Below are positions 13,172-28,088 of a DNA stretch of 64,000 nt, one piece after another. Position numbers and translations under genes: made by a program. The DNA lies in NCBI GenBank assembly GCA_951406725.2, contig OX597819.1:78554001-78618000 (forward strand), read 5' to 3'. The DNA is from Octopus vulgaris (lineage: Eukaryota). The notes beneath the pieces were generated by a model. It made no database searches. It was not told the DNA's origin and saw only the letters and a program-made list of their open reading frames with translations. Numbering within the stretch: position 1 is the stretch's first letter; every line of letters begins with the position of its first letter.

Positions 13172-14482
13172 CGTTCGAATGTCGGATAAAAAAATATCAC
13201 GTTGTAATTGTTGCAGCCCTCTTTGCTTTAAGTTCAAAAAATCTCGTTGAGGTTAACTTTATCTTTGGTTACTTTGGAGGCCAATACAGAACCACTAAAA
13301 TGGCGTGATCGATTCTCTTCTCACGAAAATGGCTGACTGAGGGGCCGAAGAGCCGACGAGCCGAGGCAACTGCGGGTGGCCGTTCACACTATTTCCTTTG
13401 CCCAGAAATGGAGAAAACCTGAGAGGAACTGTCAAAAGACAAACTGAGAAGGGGGAGGATGAAAGAGGAAAAAAAGGCTGCAGTGATAGTGTTGGTGGTG
13501 GTAGTAGTAGTAGTAGTAGTTGCAGCAGCAGCATCTGTAACGGAACTAGTTATTAATCTAGAACGTTCTGTAAAGTGTGACACAAGCAATAATATGTATG
13601 TTAGTGACACAAAACAATATTTGTTGTTCCTGTTTTAGTACCGGGCCGGTACTGATGATACACGTAACTTATATGCTAAAGGTATTCAAACATCGATTGT
13701 CTTTCCCTGGATAAAATCCAGGCGAACTAATATCGGAAACTGCCTTATCCAAAGTGACACTGCGATATATGAGAGAATATTTGGCAACTATTTCGTTACA
13801 AGGACATAATAGAAGCTTCCATATTTGGGCTCTTACGTAAATATCTTGAATGTTTGTGGGTTTGGAAGTGAATTTTATAATCACTAGAAAAAGTGGCGGG
13901 GCCAAAATTTTTGTATGTGTAGAAACCAATACGTTATGGTTTGATTGTATAAAAATTTATTTTCATAAATATAAACACATGTATGTATGTATGTATGTAT
14001 ATATATATATATATATGACATGTACATATGTTGTGTGTGTTTGTGTGTGTGTGGTAATGATAACTTCCTACCTAAGAGCACTGCAGGAACTAATATTTGC
14101 ATGCTTACAAGATTTAATCCGTTCTTAACTGGTTCACAAACATAAAGTCCCCTATGCAATTTGTAAAATCCGATTAAAGGGTTAACGTCAAGAGAGTTTT
14201 ATGTCATGAAGGGCAACCAACTGGAAAATCAGCATCCCGAAATTCCATGTTATAACATGCTGTGTACGTATAAATACACACATACACACACATACGTGTG
14301 TGTGTCAATAAGTTTTTATATGCATATGTGTGTGTGTGTGTGTGTGTGTGTCTATATATATATATATATATGTATATATAATATACATATATACATACAC
14401 AGAGACATCTGTGAAAATATGCAAATGAAAGTATGTATGTGGGCGTGGAAATGCGTAAATGAAAGTGCATATGCGTATATGC

Positions 14483-14539
<57 letters not shown>

Positions 14540-14624
14540 TATAACGCATGCACACGTGTATATATATTCACAGATCATAGTCATGATTTGTGAATATATA
14601 TATTTATATATATGTACCTATGTA

Positions 14625-14693
<69 letters not shown>

Positions 14694-14769
14694 TCACAGA
14701 TCAGAATCATGATTTGTGAATATTACGATTTCATTCCATCTCCTGCTTATGTGTATTTATGTGTATATT

Positions 14770-14814
<45 letters not shown>

Positions 14815-15128
14815 TAAAGAAAGAAAGAAAGAAAAAAGAGAAGGAGAGAGAGTATGCATGCTTGTTAGTTAATATGGCCAGTAATTGTTAAGGTAACTCA
14901 TTAGTTCCAGAACGGTGTGTCACAACACGCTAATGCGTCTCGAAATCAGTTGAGAATGGTCAGTAAATAGCGTAAATCCGTGGTTGACGATATAATTGAA
15001 AAACAGACCGCAGTAAATAGATCTCATCATTTCATCTTTTACCGCTATTTCTCTTTGCTTCAGTCACTGGACTGCGGTCAAGCTGGGGCACCGTATTAAA
15101 GGATTTTTAGTGAAACGAATCGAACCAA

Positions 15129-15365
15129 AGGCGTCGAGGTGGCAGAAGCGTTAAGCACGCTGGGCGAAGTGCTTAGCGGTATTACGTCTGTTTTCATGTT
15201 CAGGGTTCAAATATTGCCGAGGTCGGTCATTGCCTTTCAGCCTTTCGGGGTCGATAAATTATGTACCAGTTGAGTACCGAGGTGGATGTAATCGTCTGTC
15301 ACCTTCCCGCCAAATTTCAGGCCTTGTGCCTATACTAGAATGGATTATTATTATTATTATTATTA
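15129..15365 (+). mobile_element. SINE family B inserted in a minus-strand SINE A remnant
   Basis: GGCGTCGAGGTGGCAGAAGCGTTA...CCTTTCGGGGTCGATAAATT...GGCCTTGTGCC plus (ATT)n tail; SINE A pieces at about 15035-15128 and 15410-15540. Confidence 0.85.
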
Positions 15366-15587
15366 TTATGATAAGTCTGGTATGTTCTATATCAGTCCCT
15401 TATAACGAAACGATAAACTACGGGGACACAAACAAACCAACATCGATTGTTAAGTAGTGGTGATTGGGATGGAACAGACAGACACAAACGCACACACAGA
15501 TACATCCCAACCCACACATATATGTATATACAGCGGGCTTCCATCCATCCATCCATCCATATATACATACATAATGACATTTATTAT

Positions 15588-16011
15588 GTGGAGGTGCATG
15601 ACTTGGTGGTTAGGGTGTTGGCATCACGATCGTAAAATTATGGTTTCAATTCCTGAATCGGGTGATGTGTTGTGTTCTTCAGTAAAATACGTCATTGGTT
15701 GGTTACGACTACGAGGGTCCCAGTTGATACGATCAACGGAACAGCCTGCTCGTGAAATTAACGCACAAGTGGCTAAGCACTCCACAGACACGTGTACCTT
15801 TAATGTAGCTCTCAGGGAGATTCAGTGTGACACAAGTGTGACAAGGCTGGTCCTTTGAAATACAGGTGCTACTCATTTTTGCCAGCTGAGTGGACTGGAA
15901 CAGCGTGAAATAAAACATCATGCTCAAGGACGAAACGTGCTGCCGGGAATCGAACTCTCGCCCTTACGATCGTGAACCGAACACCCTAACCACTAAGCCA
16001 CGCGCCTTCAC
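15588..16011. mobile_element. SINE C head (plus, 15588-15682) facing a full SINE C (minus, about 15700-16011)
   Basis: GGAGGTGCATGACTTGGTGGTTAGGG versus CCCTAACCACTAAGCCACGCGCCTTCAC; body shared with 21463 and 54712 copies. Confidence 0.85.
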
Positions 16012-16282
16012 CAATCATACATATATTATGGGATAACAAGGAATAGGATGTGCCTTTGACTCCACATATCATACTCGATCACAGAGAAATGAAAAGCAGC
16101 GAAGCATTGGTGACGATCTAATTAGCCATGTATAGTTGTGGCCTTGTGATTTTATTAGATGACAACAGTTTGGCATGATCACTAGATTACATTCATTAGT
16201 TCAAATCCCACCGAGGGAAGCTGAGATTTATCTTTCCGAAGTTACTAAACAAGAAAGCCAACGAAATACTGGAAGCTAGATG

Positions 16283-16508
16283 CACGGGAAAGTGCTGAGA
16301 AATTACTGGCTTTGGCTAAAAGGAAATACAGGAGGATCAGTTTAATTATAATTCTGTTCAACATATTCCCATCTCAGATTTACACGCTTTTTGCAATGGT
16401 CCTTCAGTTTTTCTAAGCCCTGTAAAAGAACTCGGAAGTTTGGGTCTCCAGTCAGACCTTTCGTGATACCCTTAAAGCCAACCAGGAACTTTTCAGCATC
16501 CTCTCGTA
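16283..16508. mobile_element. Mariner-type MITE (about 225 bp)
   Basis: Imperfect TIRs CACGGGAAAGTGCTGAGAAATTACTGG / CCAGGAACTTTTCAGCATCCTCTCGTA; internal AAATACAGGAGGATCAGTT recurs at about 62058 and 62192. Confidence 0.7.
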
Positions 16509-16740
16509 TTGTTACTAGAACTGGGCTGTCACAGTGACACGCTCTTCTCGCAGTAAGGAATACGGTCCCGAGGTTAAGGGCTGGATCCTAAACCATTCCT
16601 GCATGAACATCACCATTTGTTAGCGGTATGTAGTTGAACTTTTACACTTGCATGATTTACGCACCCGAAACTGCTCTTGTTTTTATTGCAGAAAACCAAT
16701 TTCTAAATTGATCTAAATATATATTTTCTTTCTTTTTCTT

Positions 16741-17147
16741 TTTCTTTTACTTCTTTCAGTCATTTGACTGCGGCCATGTTGGTGCACCGCCTTTAGTCGA
16801 GCAAATCGACCCCAGGACTTATTATTTGTAAGCACAGTACTTATTCTATCGGTCTCTTTGCCGAACCGCTAAGTTACGGGGACGTAAACACACCAGCATC
16901 GGTTGTCAAGCAATGCTAGGGGGACAAATACAGGCACACAAACATATACACACACACACACACATATATATATATGCACATATGCGACAGGCTTCTTTCA
17001 GTTTCTGTCTACCAAATCCACTCACAAGGCATTGGTCGACCCGGGGCTATAGCAGAAGACACTTGCCCAAGATGCTACGCAGTGGGACTGAACCCGGAAC
17101 CATGTGGTTGGTTAGCAAGCTACTTACCACACAGCCACTCCTGCGCC
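16741..17147 (-). mobile_element. SINE family A, full length
   Basis: Head GGCGCAGGAGTGGCTGTGTGGTAAG through tail; collinear with 55329 and 58642 copies. Confidence 0.95.
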
Positions 17148-17861
17148 TATATATTGCATTTCTTTAAAAATTCATTGAAACAAGAATAATATCAAAAGGA
17201 ATATGGTAGCATAAGGGCTAAGCTTTTGGGCGAGAATATCTGAGTTTTCCAGTGAACTCAAATGAAAAGAGCACCAACTCCTAAATGTAACATCCTAGAG
17301 GTCTGTTGAGTCAAGGGCAATGCGACCAAGAAGTACCTAAAACAAATAGCGAAAGCATGGCGCATAGTAGTTGGTGATCCTCGAAATAGAGCGCTAAATA
17401 TTAATCATTCACTAATACTATAACTGATCCAATGAATTAAACCCTGTCTATATAGCAAGTTGTAGTTTTTATAAAAAATTCTCGATTTCAAAAAAAAATT
17501 GTTAACAGAAACGATTTCATGAAATGACACACACACACGCACATATGTATTCGGATTTCCAGAAGCCTGAAGGAGTTGGGCTCCCTTTAGGGGCCCGCGA
17601 AACTTGAAGCAGCACAGAACCGAATCAAATTTATATGCACACACACACACACAACACACACACATATGTATATATAAATGATCGTTTATGTGCGCGCACA
17701 CACACACACATAGATAACTAAATATGTAAATATATTGTTTCCAATTGTAGGAGAATGAATATTCTTAAATCTTTTGATAATTCTGTCTGTCTGTCTGTAT
17801 GTATGTATGCATGTCTGTATGTGTGTGTGAATGTATATGTGTGTGTATGTATGTATATGTG

Positions 17862-17899
<38 letters not shown>

Positions 17900-18439
17900 T
17901 ATGTATATATTTCTTTACTACCCACAAGGGGCCAAACACAGAGGGGACAAACAAGGACAGACATATATGTATATATATATGTATATATGTGTGTATGTAT
18001 GTATATGTGTGTGTGTATGTATGTATGTACTGGCACGAGATATCTCGCCAGTTCATGTCTTTGAATCACGCCGATAGGGTGTAGAAGTTTTCTGAGGATT
18101 AAGGAGTCGTGCATGCCTTATGGGACCTTGCACACAGGGATTGCTATATTAGTGATGGTCATACTCGTCCACAATTTGATAGCCATCATATCTATCTATC
18201 TAACTGTACACACACACACACATATATATAATCACATCAACTGAAGTTCAGGATTATAAAAATAGCGAAGATAGTATATAAACAAAATAGTCATAAAAAG
18301 AAAAAAAATATGTAAATTTATACTCCGCTTAAATGTCAAAGGGTTCTCTGGTCATACTGAGTATATATATATGTGTGTGTGTGTGTGTGTATGTGCATGT
18401 ATATATGTATATGTGTGTGTGTGTGTGTGTGTATGTCAT

Positions 18440-19247
<808 letters not shown>

Positions 19248-19936
19248 TTCATATATGTAAATATATGTGTGTGTATTATGAGTGAGTGTATGAAACGCAT
19301 ATCAATTAGTTAAAATAATTACTCTAATGAACAGGTGCATGAACATGTGTATATGTTGAAAGAATTCAGAGCTGCTAGAAATAGATATACATATTGGTGT
19401 ATATATATAAGCAAACACACAATGAAGAAAATGATAACAAAAATATAACACCGAATTACAAGATTTCGTACATAATTCACGGAGACTAACAGAAAAAAAA
19501 AAAGAAAATATTAATTGCCATTCTGATTTTAAGAATCAGCAAATTATAAAAGATGAACTTTACGGATTGAAGCATGGAAAGGTTAAAATATTAGTTGAAA
19601 TAGATAATAAATATTAGTTGAAATAGATAATAAAGAAATAGCCAGCAAATAATTACATAACTGCAGACAGTATATATATTCTTCTACACGACATTTTTAG
19701 CGAATATTTTGCTTACATTTCCTATATATATAAATGCACACACACACACGAATGATAAATACGGAGACAATTACATAAACAGAGATAATATACTTGTATA
19801 ATATATACATATATATATACAAAATATAACACATACAAATGTCTATATATATATATATCTATCACATATATTAAAACTAGCGACACATTATATGTATATG
19901 TATGTGTGTATGTATGTGTGTATGTATGTATGTATG

Positions 19937-19983
<47 letters not shown>

Positions 19984-20319
19984 TTAGGCTTAATGAAAAG
20001 TATAAAGTGAATATTATATTACATAACGTATATATAACGTATATGTAATATATTCCATACATATACGCAATATATTTATATATTGTAGACGTACATATAC
20101 ATAGGCATTTACATAAACACACACACACATATGGTTTAATATATGGACGATACCAGAGACAAAAAATATAACAAGTAAAATATAATTATAAACAATACAT
20201 AATTTTAATTATAAACAATATATATTATACAGATATGATATATAGATATGATTATATAGAAATTATATAGATATGTGTGTGTGCATGCAAATATATAATT
20301 TACAAAGGACGCATGATAT

Positions 20320-20358
20320 ATATACTTTTATATATTAATATATATATATACATACATA

Positions 20359-20456
<98 letters not shown>

Positions 20457-20726
20457 TATATATATGTATATATATATATTATATATATATACATGTATAT
20501 ATATATACGTATATATATATATATATATATATATACGCATATATACATGTATATATATATATATATATACATGTATATATATATATATATATACATGTAT
20601 ATATATATATACATATGTGTATATATACATATATATATGTATATATGTATATATGTATATATATATAGATATATATATATGTATATATACACATATATAT
20701 GTATATATATATATATATATATACAC

Positions 20727-20757
<31 letters not shown>

Positions 20758-20822
20758 CAAATGTATATATATATTTATATATATATATATATGTATATAC
20801 GTATATTTATATGTATATATGT

Positions 20823-20870
<48 letters not shown>
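20320..20870. repeat. (TA)n-rich compound microsatellite
   Basis: Direct reading. Confidence 0.96.
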
Positions 20871-20873
<3 letters not shown>

Positions 20874-21426
20874 AGATACAGACAGATACATACATACATA
20901 CATACACACACTCAGTTATATGTGACATAATTATGGCATAACATGAAATTATATGTATGTATGTGTGTGTGTAATGAGCATATGTGAATTATGATATGCT
21001 TTTATTCTTCACCGCTGTAAAGATTACAGTCAATTAAATTATCTTCGGTCCTTATTTTCTGAGACATCTATTTATTATATCGGTTCCTTTTTGCTGAACC
21101 ACCAAGTAATGAGAACCTCACCGTAAGAACACTGATTGTCAATTAGTGAGAGGCAAATACAAATTACCCTCACACACACATAAGCGCGCGTATATAAGTA
21201 GAGATAGGGACAGAGAAATAGATACGTACATACATATATAACTGAAGCACACCAATGTATATAGATAAAAGTATAAGCATAATACCTGTATGCATACATA
21301 TGTATATACATACTCATACACACAGTATGTATAAATATATACCGACATACATAGATATACACACATACATATACATATCGTAACGCATGCACTTATATTG
21401 ATATTGTAAGTATAGGATATATGCTA

Positions 21427-21461
<35 letters not shown>

Positions 21462-21462
21462 A

Positions 21463-21774
21463 GGAGCACTCCGTCGGTTACGACGACGAGGCTCCCAGCT
21501 GATACGATCGACGGAACAGCTTGCTCGTGAAATTAACGTGCAAGTGGCTGAGCACTCCACAGACGCGTGTACCCTTAACATAGTTCTCAGGGAGATTCAG
21601 TGTGACACAGGCAAGGCTGGCCCTTTTGAAATAAAGGTACGACTCATTTTTGACAGCTGAGTGGACCTTAGCAGCGTGAAATAAAGTGTCTTGCTCAAGG
21701 ACACAAGCCGCTGCCGGAAATCGAACTCACGACCTTATGATCGTGAGTCGAATGCTCTAACCACGCGTCTTCAC
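21463..21774 (-). mobile_element. SINE family C
   Basis: GGAGCACTCCGTCGGTTACGACGACGAG body shared with 54712 copy; reverse tRNA-like head at 21715-21774. Confidence 0.9.
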
Positions 21775-21820
21775 TATATATATATATATATATATATATG
21801 TATAGTGAAGACGCATGGTT

Positions 21821-22197
21821 AGGAGTGGCTGTGTGGTAAGTAGCTTGCTTACCAACCACATAGTTCTGGGTTCAGTCCCACTGCGTGGTCTTCTACTATA
21901 GCCTCGGGCCGACCAAAGCCTTGTGAGTGGATTTGGTAGACGGAAACTGAAAGAAGCCCGTCGTATATATGCATATATATATATATATGTGCGTATGTTT
22001 ATGTGTCTGTTTGTCCCCCTAGCTTTGCTTGACAACCGATGCTGGTGTGTTTATGTCCCCGTCACTTAGCGGTTCGGCAAAAGAGACCGATAGAATAAGT
22101 ACTGGGCTTACAAAGAATAAGTCCCGGGGTCGAGTTGCTCGATTAAAGGTGGTGCTCCAGCATGGCCTCAGTCAAATGACTGAAACAAGTAAAAGAG

Positions 22198-22198
<1 letters not shown>
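21821..22198 (+). mobile_element. SINE family A, full length with a small internal deletion
   Basis: AGGAGTGGCTGTGTGGTAAG...GAAACAAGTAAAAGAG; lacks CACCTTGGGCAAGT. Confidence 0.93.
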
Positions 22199-22252
<54 letters not shown>

Positions 22253-22960
22253 ACATTACATGTGAATTGCGGCCCAATGTCCTAATTACATGTCTATATG
22301 AACGCATATAATTATGTATGTGCCTATCTATATATGTATATATATATATATACATGTACATAGGTTCATAAGTCTTTCCATCATCAGCATTCATCGTTAC
22401 TCCGACGAGACTATAGAGAATACAAGGTAGCACTCCTATGGTCTTGTTCCCTTAGCTGAATCAGCAGTAAGCCAATAGTTTATACATAAGAATTGTTTAT
22501 CGTGTGTCATTCATAATTTAGCATTTTGCTTTGTACTTACGGGGATGCGTACATGAAAGTCTGAATGTGAGAATAGCCGTGATTTTCTCCAGCCTCACGA
22601 TCGGATCGTGTTGATACCACAATTGATAAGCGTTTTATAAGTTGTTGTTTTTTTTGTTTCTAACAGCCGATTATTATTAGTAATGAAATGGCGAAGCAGA
22701 CTCTATAAACCGAATATATTATATCTACATTTATGAAGATATTTTTTAATTTTTTAATTTTTTGAAATTTTTTTCAGTTACTGAACTGCGGCCCTGTTGG
22801 GGCAATGTTATGTAGAGTTTAGACGAACCAGTACTTACTTTAAATCTCGTACCTATTCTATCGATTTCTCCCCGAAACTCTAACTTATAAGGACGTAAAA
22901 CAACCAAACCTATGTAAAGCAGTTGATGGCAAATACAAACACGCACACTCAAACCCCGTG

Positions 22961-22994
<34 letters not shown>

Positions 22995-23811
22995 CGACGG
23001 GCTTTCACACAGCTTCCTTCAGCTAAATTCCATCAAAAGACATTGGCCAATTCGGAGCTACATCAGACAAAGGTGCCACGTAGTGGGATTAAATCAGAAA
23101 CCACTTGGCTGAGAATCGATTTTCCTTTCTCTCCGCTCGAGTTTCATGCGACGACGATCGTCAGACATGCACTTTCTTGCTCTTTCTTCTCCACTCTCTC
23201 TCTCTCACGACCGGAAATTTAAAACTCCCAGCCCCACAAAATTTCTGACCTTGTGACTGTAGTAGAAAGTATATTAGCCATCATACATAGACACACGCAT
23301 TAAGATATACACATACTTTCTCTTTTTCTCGATGTCTCTGACTCCGTCTTGCTCTTCTCTCCTCCCTCTATGTCAGTCTGTCGCTCTTTTCTTTTCTGCT
23401 TTGTTTTCATTCGTTGTAGCTCTAAGAGTCTCCTGTCCAAGACCTATGCACATGTGGGAAACATGAATTTAGCTCTGCAGAAGATTTCTAAGCCTTAAGC
23501 TAGCTCCAGGAAATAAAGATGAGCAGAGGTTAACGATGAGACACGACAGTGCGAAGAGGTGACTGCGAAGGGAGAGTTGCTGGCTATTTGTTTTCGTTTA
23601 ATGTTCCAGATTACAAAGTCAATCTAGTAAGGGACAAAGTCAATCTGTAAGGGATAAAAGAACGGGCAATTGTCACACTCATCATTTTCTAAGGGCAACA
23701 ATTAATGACAAACGTAAAGTAATTTTGAGAGGGAATTGAAAGTAAAGAGTAAGTTCGAACACACAACATGTGAGCCTGGGAAAAGAGAAAGAGAGAAAAT
23801 ATACATATTGA

Positions 23812-23865
<54 letters not shown>

Positions 23866-24475
23866 CCTGTCTACTATAGACACAAAGGCATGAAACTTTA
23901 GGGGTGGGGTACTAGTCGATTACACCGACCCCAGTGTTTCACTGACATTTATTTTAACGGACCCGAAAGGATGAAAGGCAAAGTGGACCTCTGCGGAATT
24001 TGAACTCAGTACGTTAAGACGGACTAAATACCTCTAAACATTTCGCCTGGGTGCTAACGATTCTGCCATCTCGCTGCCTTATTTCTGCTAATAATGGTAA
24101 TAATAATTTTTTCTACTCTAGGCACAAGGTCCGAAATTTTGGGGGAGGGGGCCAGTCGATTCTATCAACCCCAGTATGCAATTGATACTTAATTTATCGA
24201 CCCCGAAAGGATGAAAGGCAAAGTCAACCTCGGCGGAATTTCAACTCACAACGTAATGGCAGACGAAATGCCTATTTCTTTACTATCCACAAGGGGCTAA
24301 ACACAGAAGGGACAAACAAGGACAGACAAATGGATTAAGTCGATTATATGGACCCCAGTGCGTAACTGGTATTTATTTAATCGCCCCCGAAAGGATGAAA
24401 GGCAAAGTCGACCTCGGTAGAATTTGAACTCAGAACGTAACGTCAGACACAATACGGCTACGCATTTCGCCCGAA
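23866..24475 (-). mobile_element. Array of SINE B units including one dimeric copy (about 24110-24475)
   Basis: Three repeats of CCCGAAAGGATGAAAGGCAAAGT in the same orientation with (TAA)n spacers. Confidence 0.9.
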
Positions 24476-24541
24476 AGTTGCGAAAAATTATTGGTTTGCT
24501 CAATTACGATGAAGGACAAAAAGAGAACGACAAGAGGGAGG

Positions 24542-24599
<58 letters not shown>

Positions 24600-24831
24600 A
24601 TGAACGAAAATAAATGCGTGTAATTTTTATATTCAATTTCTCCAAAGATTAAAAATCCTTGTTTAAGAGTATCATTTTACCCACATTCAGATCGTGTCCT
24701 AAACTGGCTTTGTACGTGTGCGTGTATGTGTGTGTGTGTTTATGTGAGTGCGCACATATAAATACTTATATATGTACTCACATATCATAGACATGTACAC
24801 ATAAACACAGATATATGTATAAAAATGTGTC

Positions 24832-24876
<45 letters not shown>

Positions 24877-26389
24877 CCATACAGACACAGAAATGCATGT
24901 ATGTATACATGTGGCAAATATTTTTACACAGTAAAACTGAGTGTCGTCAGTGAAATTTTAAGAACATTACCCTTATTTATGCATCGATAAGGGATTAACA
25001 AGAGGATAAACGGGGAGGGGGAGAGAGAGAGAGAGGCAGAGAGTAGAGAAAGGGAGTAAGAGGAGCTCGGGACGAAACTTTTAAAACTTAGCAAGAACTA
25101 CATCAACGGAAAACAACATCAATACTAACAAGGCCTAAAACAACAACAACGACAACAACGACAACAACAAAAATGTGACCACCTCTACCACAAAAACTAT
25201 ATCGATAACAACTAGATCAACTTAACTAATGAATAAGCATCGAGGAAAAAAAAATGTGCAAAAAATATATATAACAAATGCGCCCCCCCCCAACCTCTCT
25301 CTATATATGTATGTGTGTGTGTGTGCTTGTGTACGTGTGCTGGTGTGCGTGTGCTTGTGTGTGTGTGCTTGTGTGTGTGTGTGTGTGTGTATGCTTGTGT
25401 GTGTGTGTGTGTGTGTGCTTGTGTGTGTGTGTGTGTGTCTATGTACATATATATATATACACATGGGAGATATATATGTATCTTTTACACACAAACACAC
25501 ATGCACATACACACACACACACACATATATATATACATATATATATATATAAAAGAATAAAAGAGTATATATATATACACACACATATATATATATATAT
25601 AAATGCATACACAAATAAATGTATACATACATGCATGCATACGTACATGCATATATATATATGTATATATATACATACACACACACACAAACATATGTAT
25701 GTATATGCACACATACACACACACACAAACATATGTACGTATATGCACACATAAATACACACACATACATACATGCATATACTTAGTGTGTGTGTGTGGA
25801 TTGTTTGCAATGGCTTACTTTTGAAAAGGGAGTGAGGTGGAGGATGTAAAACAATATTTGTTGTTTTTTTTAAAATAAACTGTCTTAAAAAATTAAGAAT
25901 GGATATTTTGAAGAATTACAACAGAAGAAGAAAAGGAAAAAGGATGAAAGAAAGAAAGAAAGGAAGCAAGAAAAAATGAGAGCGACGTATTATAGTTTTA
26001 GGCGATGTACTTGGGAAAAACTAAAAGCAAACTCACAAACGAAAATATCATCATCATCATCATCAACATTAACCCCGCCGCCCCATAATTAGCATCGTCA
26101 TATGAACAACACAAGCATCATATCATCATCATCATCATCATCATCATCGTCTTTAATATCAACCTCAACAACACCATCACCTTAACAGAAAACATCATCA
26201 CCATCACCACCATCATGATAACCACCACCACCACCACCAACGACAATCATCGAATCTGAGATGAGTGACGAAATACATTTGCAATTTTAAAAAGCAGCCT
26301 GTCTTCTCTGTCTGTCTGTCTGTCTCTCTTTCTCTTAACCGCGTCTTTCCGAAAAATGTTTCAATTAGTAGCGATGTTAGAAATTTGTA

Positions 26390-27120
26390 CTGTTACATAA
26401 ATATATATATATATGTATCTGTATCGCCTGTAAGTCTCTTAGTTGTTACATAAATATATCTATCGCCTGTGCGACTCCTACCTCTTACATACGCACGCGT
26501 ACACACACGTATGCATTTACGTATGTTAGTATCATTTGTGTCTCTTAATTGTTACATAAATGTATATGTATCGCTTCATAATATATATGTATCGCTTCAT
26601 AATGTATATGTATCGCTTCATAAATATCTATACATCCCCTGTGACTATCAGCTGTTACATATATATCACCAGCGTGTCTCCTAATTACTACATAAATGCG
26701 TAGGTTTCGTCTCTGTTTCCTAATTACAGTCATACGTATCGCCAGTGTGTCTTAACCGTCTCAAAATAATGTTTCGCCTGCGTGTAGCTGAAATGCTACA
26801 TAAATATGTATCTTCAATGGCTATGAATAGTTACATAAGTATACATATACCACCTTCTTCCTCGCATCTCTTAATTGTTACATAAACATTTAAGTATTGT
26901 CTAGGTCTTTTAATTGTTACACGAATATATACGCATCACCCCATGTATCTCTTAACTGTAACAAATATACATGTATCGCTTGTATAAGCCCTAATTGTTA
27001 CAAAAACATGTTATGCCTGTGCGCATCTCAAATGTGACACAGATATAAGGCTTTCTCTTGATACATAAATATTTATGTCGTCTGTGCCTTGTTACGTACA
27101 TATATATCCTCCCTGTATCT
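26390..27120. repeat. Degenerate minisatellite, unit about 40 bp
   Basis: Recurrent TTAATTGTTACATAAAT and TGTATCGC motifs; internal 19-bp triplet ATATGTATCGCTTCATAAT at about 26564-26622. Confidence 0.8.
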
Positions 27121-27314
27121 CAATCTTATTGGGCTTTTCTCGTTATCTTAAGCCCTTTTTCTTGTCTATTTTCGTCTCCTCTTTTTCTTGTCTATTTTCG
27201 CTTCCCCCTGTTTTTCGTCCCTTACTTTCACTTCATATTCAACATTCCCCTCTATTTCATCTTCTCTCTCTCTCTCTCTCTCTCTCTTTCTGTATGTATG
27301 TGTGTGTATATATA

Positions 27315-27444
27315 TTCTTTTAGTTGTTTCAGTCATTTGACTGCGGTCATGTTGGAGCACCACCTTAAGTAGTTTTAGTCGTACAAATCGGTACTTATTC
27401 TATCGATGTCGAGCGGTGATAGGGGGACAAACACAGACACAAAG

Positions 27445-27475
<31 letters not shown>

Positions 27476-27627
27476 CGACGGGCTTCTTTCAGTTTCCGCC
27501 TACCAAATCCATTCCCAAGGATTTGGTCAGCCCGAGGCTATAGTAGAAGACACTTGCTCATGGTGCCATGCAGTGGGACTGAACCCGGAACCATGTGACT
27601 GAGAAGCAAGCTGCTTACCACACAGCA

Positions 27628-27630
<3 letters not shown>
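27315..27630 (-). mobile_element. SINE family A with internal deletions
   Basis: TTGTTTCAGTCATTTGACTGCGG...CAGTGGGACTGAACCCGGAACCATGTG. Confidence 0.88.
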
Positions 27631-27684
<54 letters not shown>

Positions 27685-27922
27685 TCCCCCTTCTTTCTCT
27701 CCATTTCCTCCTCACTTCTCATCTTACTCCTCCTCCTTTTCTGTCTCTGTCTCTTTCTCTCTTATTTTTCATACACTTTATATTCACTTCATACTATCTT
27801 TCTCACTCTTCACATTTACATACTCTTGTGTGTGTGTGTGTGTTGGTTGTTGTCTCAGGTCAGTCCTGATAGAGAAGACATTGCACTTGTCACCACCGAA
27901 TCTTCTATTGTTGACACACTAC

Positions 27923-28088
27923 CAGGGCCGGCTCAAGGTACAGGTAACTCAGGCAATCGCCTGAGGCGCCATGTGCTAGGGGACACCAAGGAGAGCGTGA
28001 CAAAAACAAGGAAATTTCCGCGACCGTCAACTTGTATATGCCGAAATTCAGCTTACCCGGGGCGCCAGCAACCTTAGGGCCAGCCCTG
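27923..28088. mobile_element. hAT-type MITE (166 bp)
   Basis: TIRs CAGGGCCGGC / GCCAGCCCTG; 8-bp TSD CACACTAC / CACATTAC (7/8). Confidence 0.85.

Noticed and set aside
13262-13285. TCTTTGGTTA, matching the start of miR-9
   Set aside because: Only 10 nt match, no hairpin partner, and it lies in a decayed SINE B-like core.
13639-13929. Short open frames on both strands (DISSPGFYPG, loosely CUB-like) with a plausible splice acceptor
   Set aside because: No convincing domain pattern, no partner exons, and the lengths are expected by chance.
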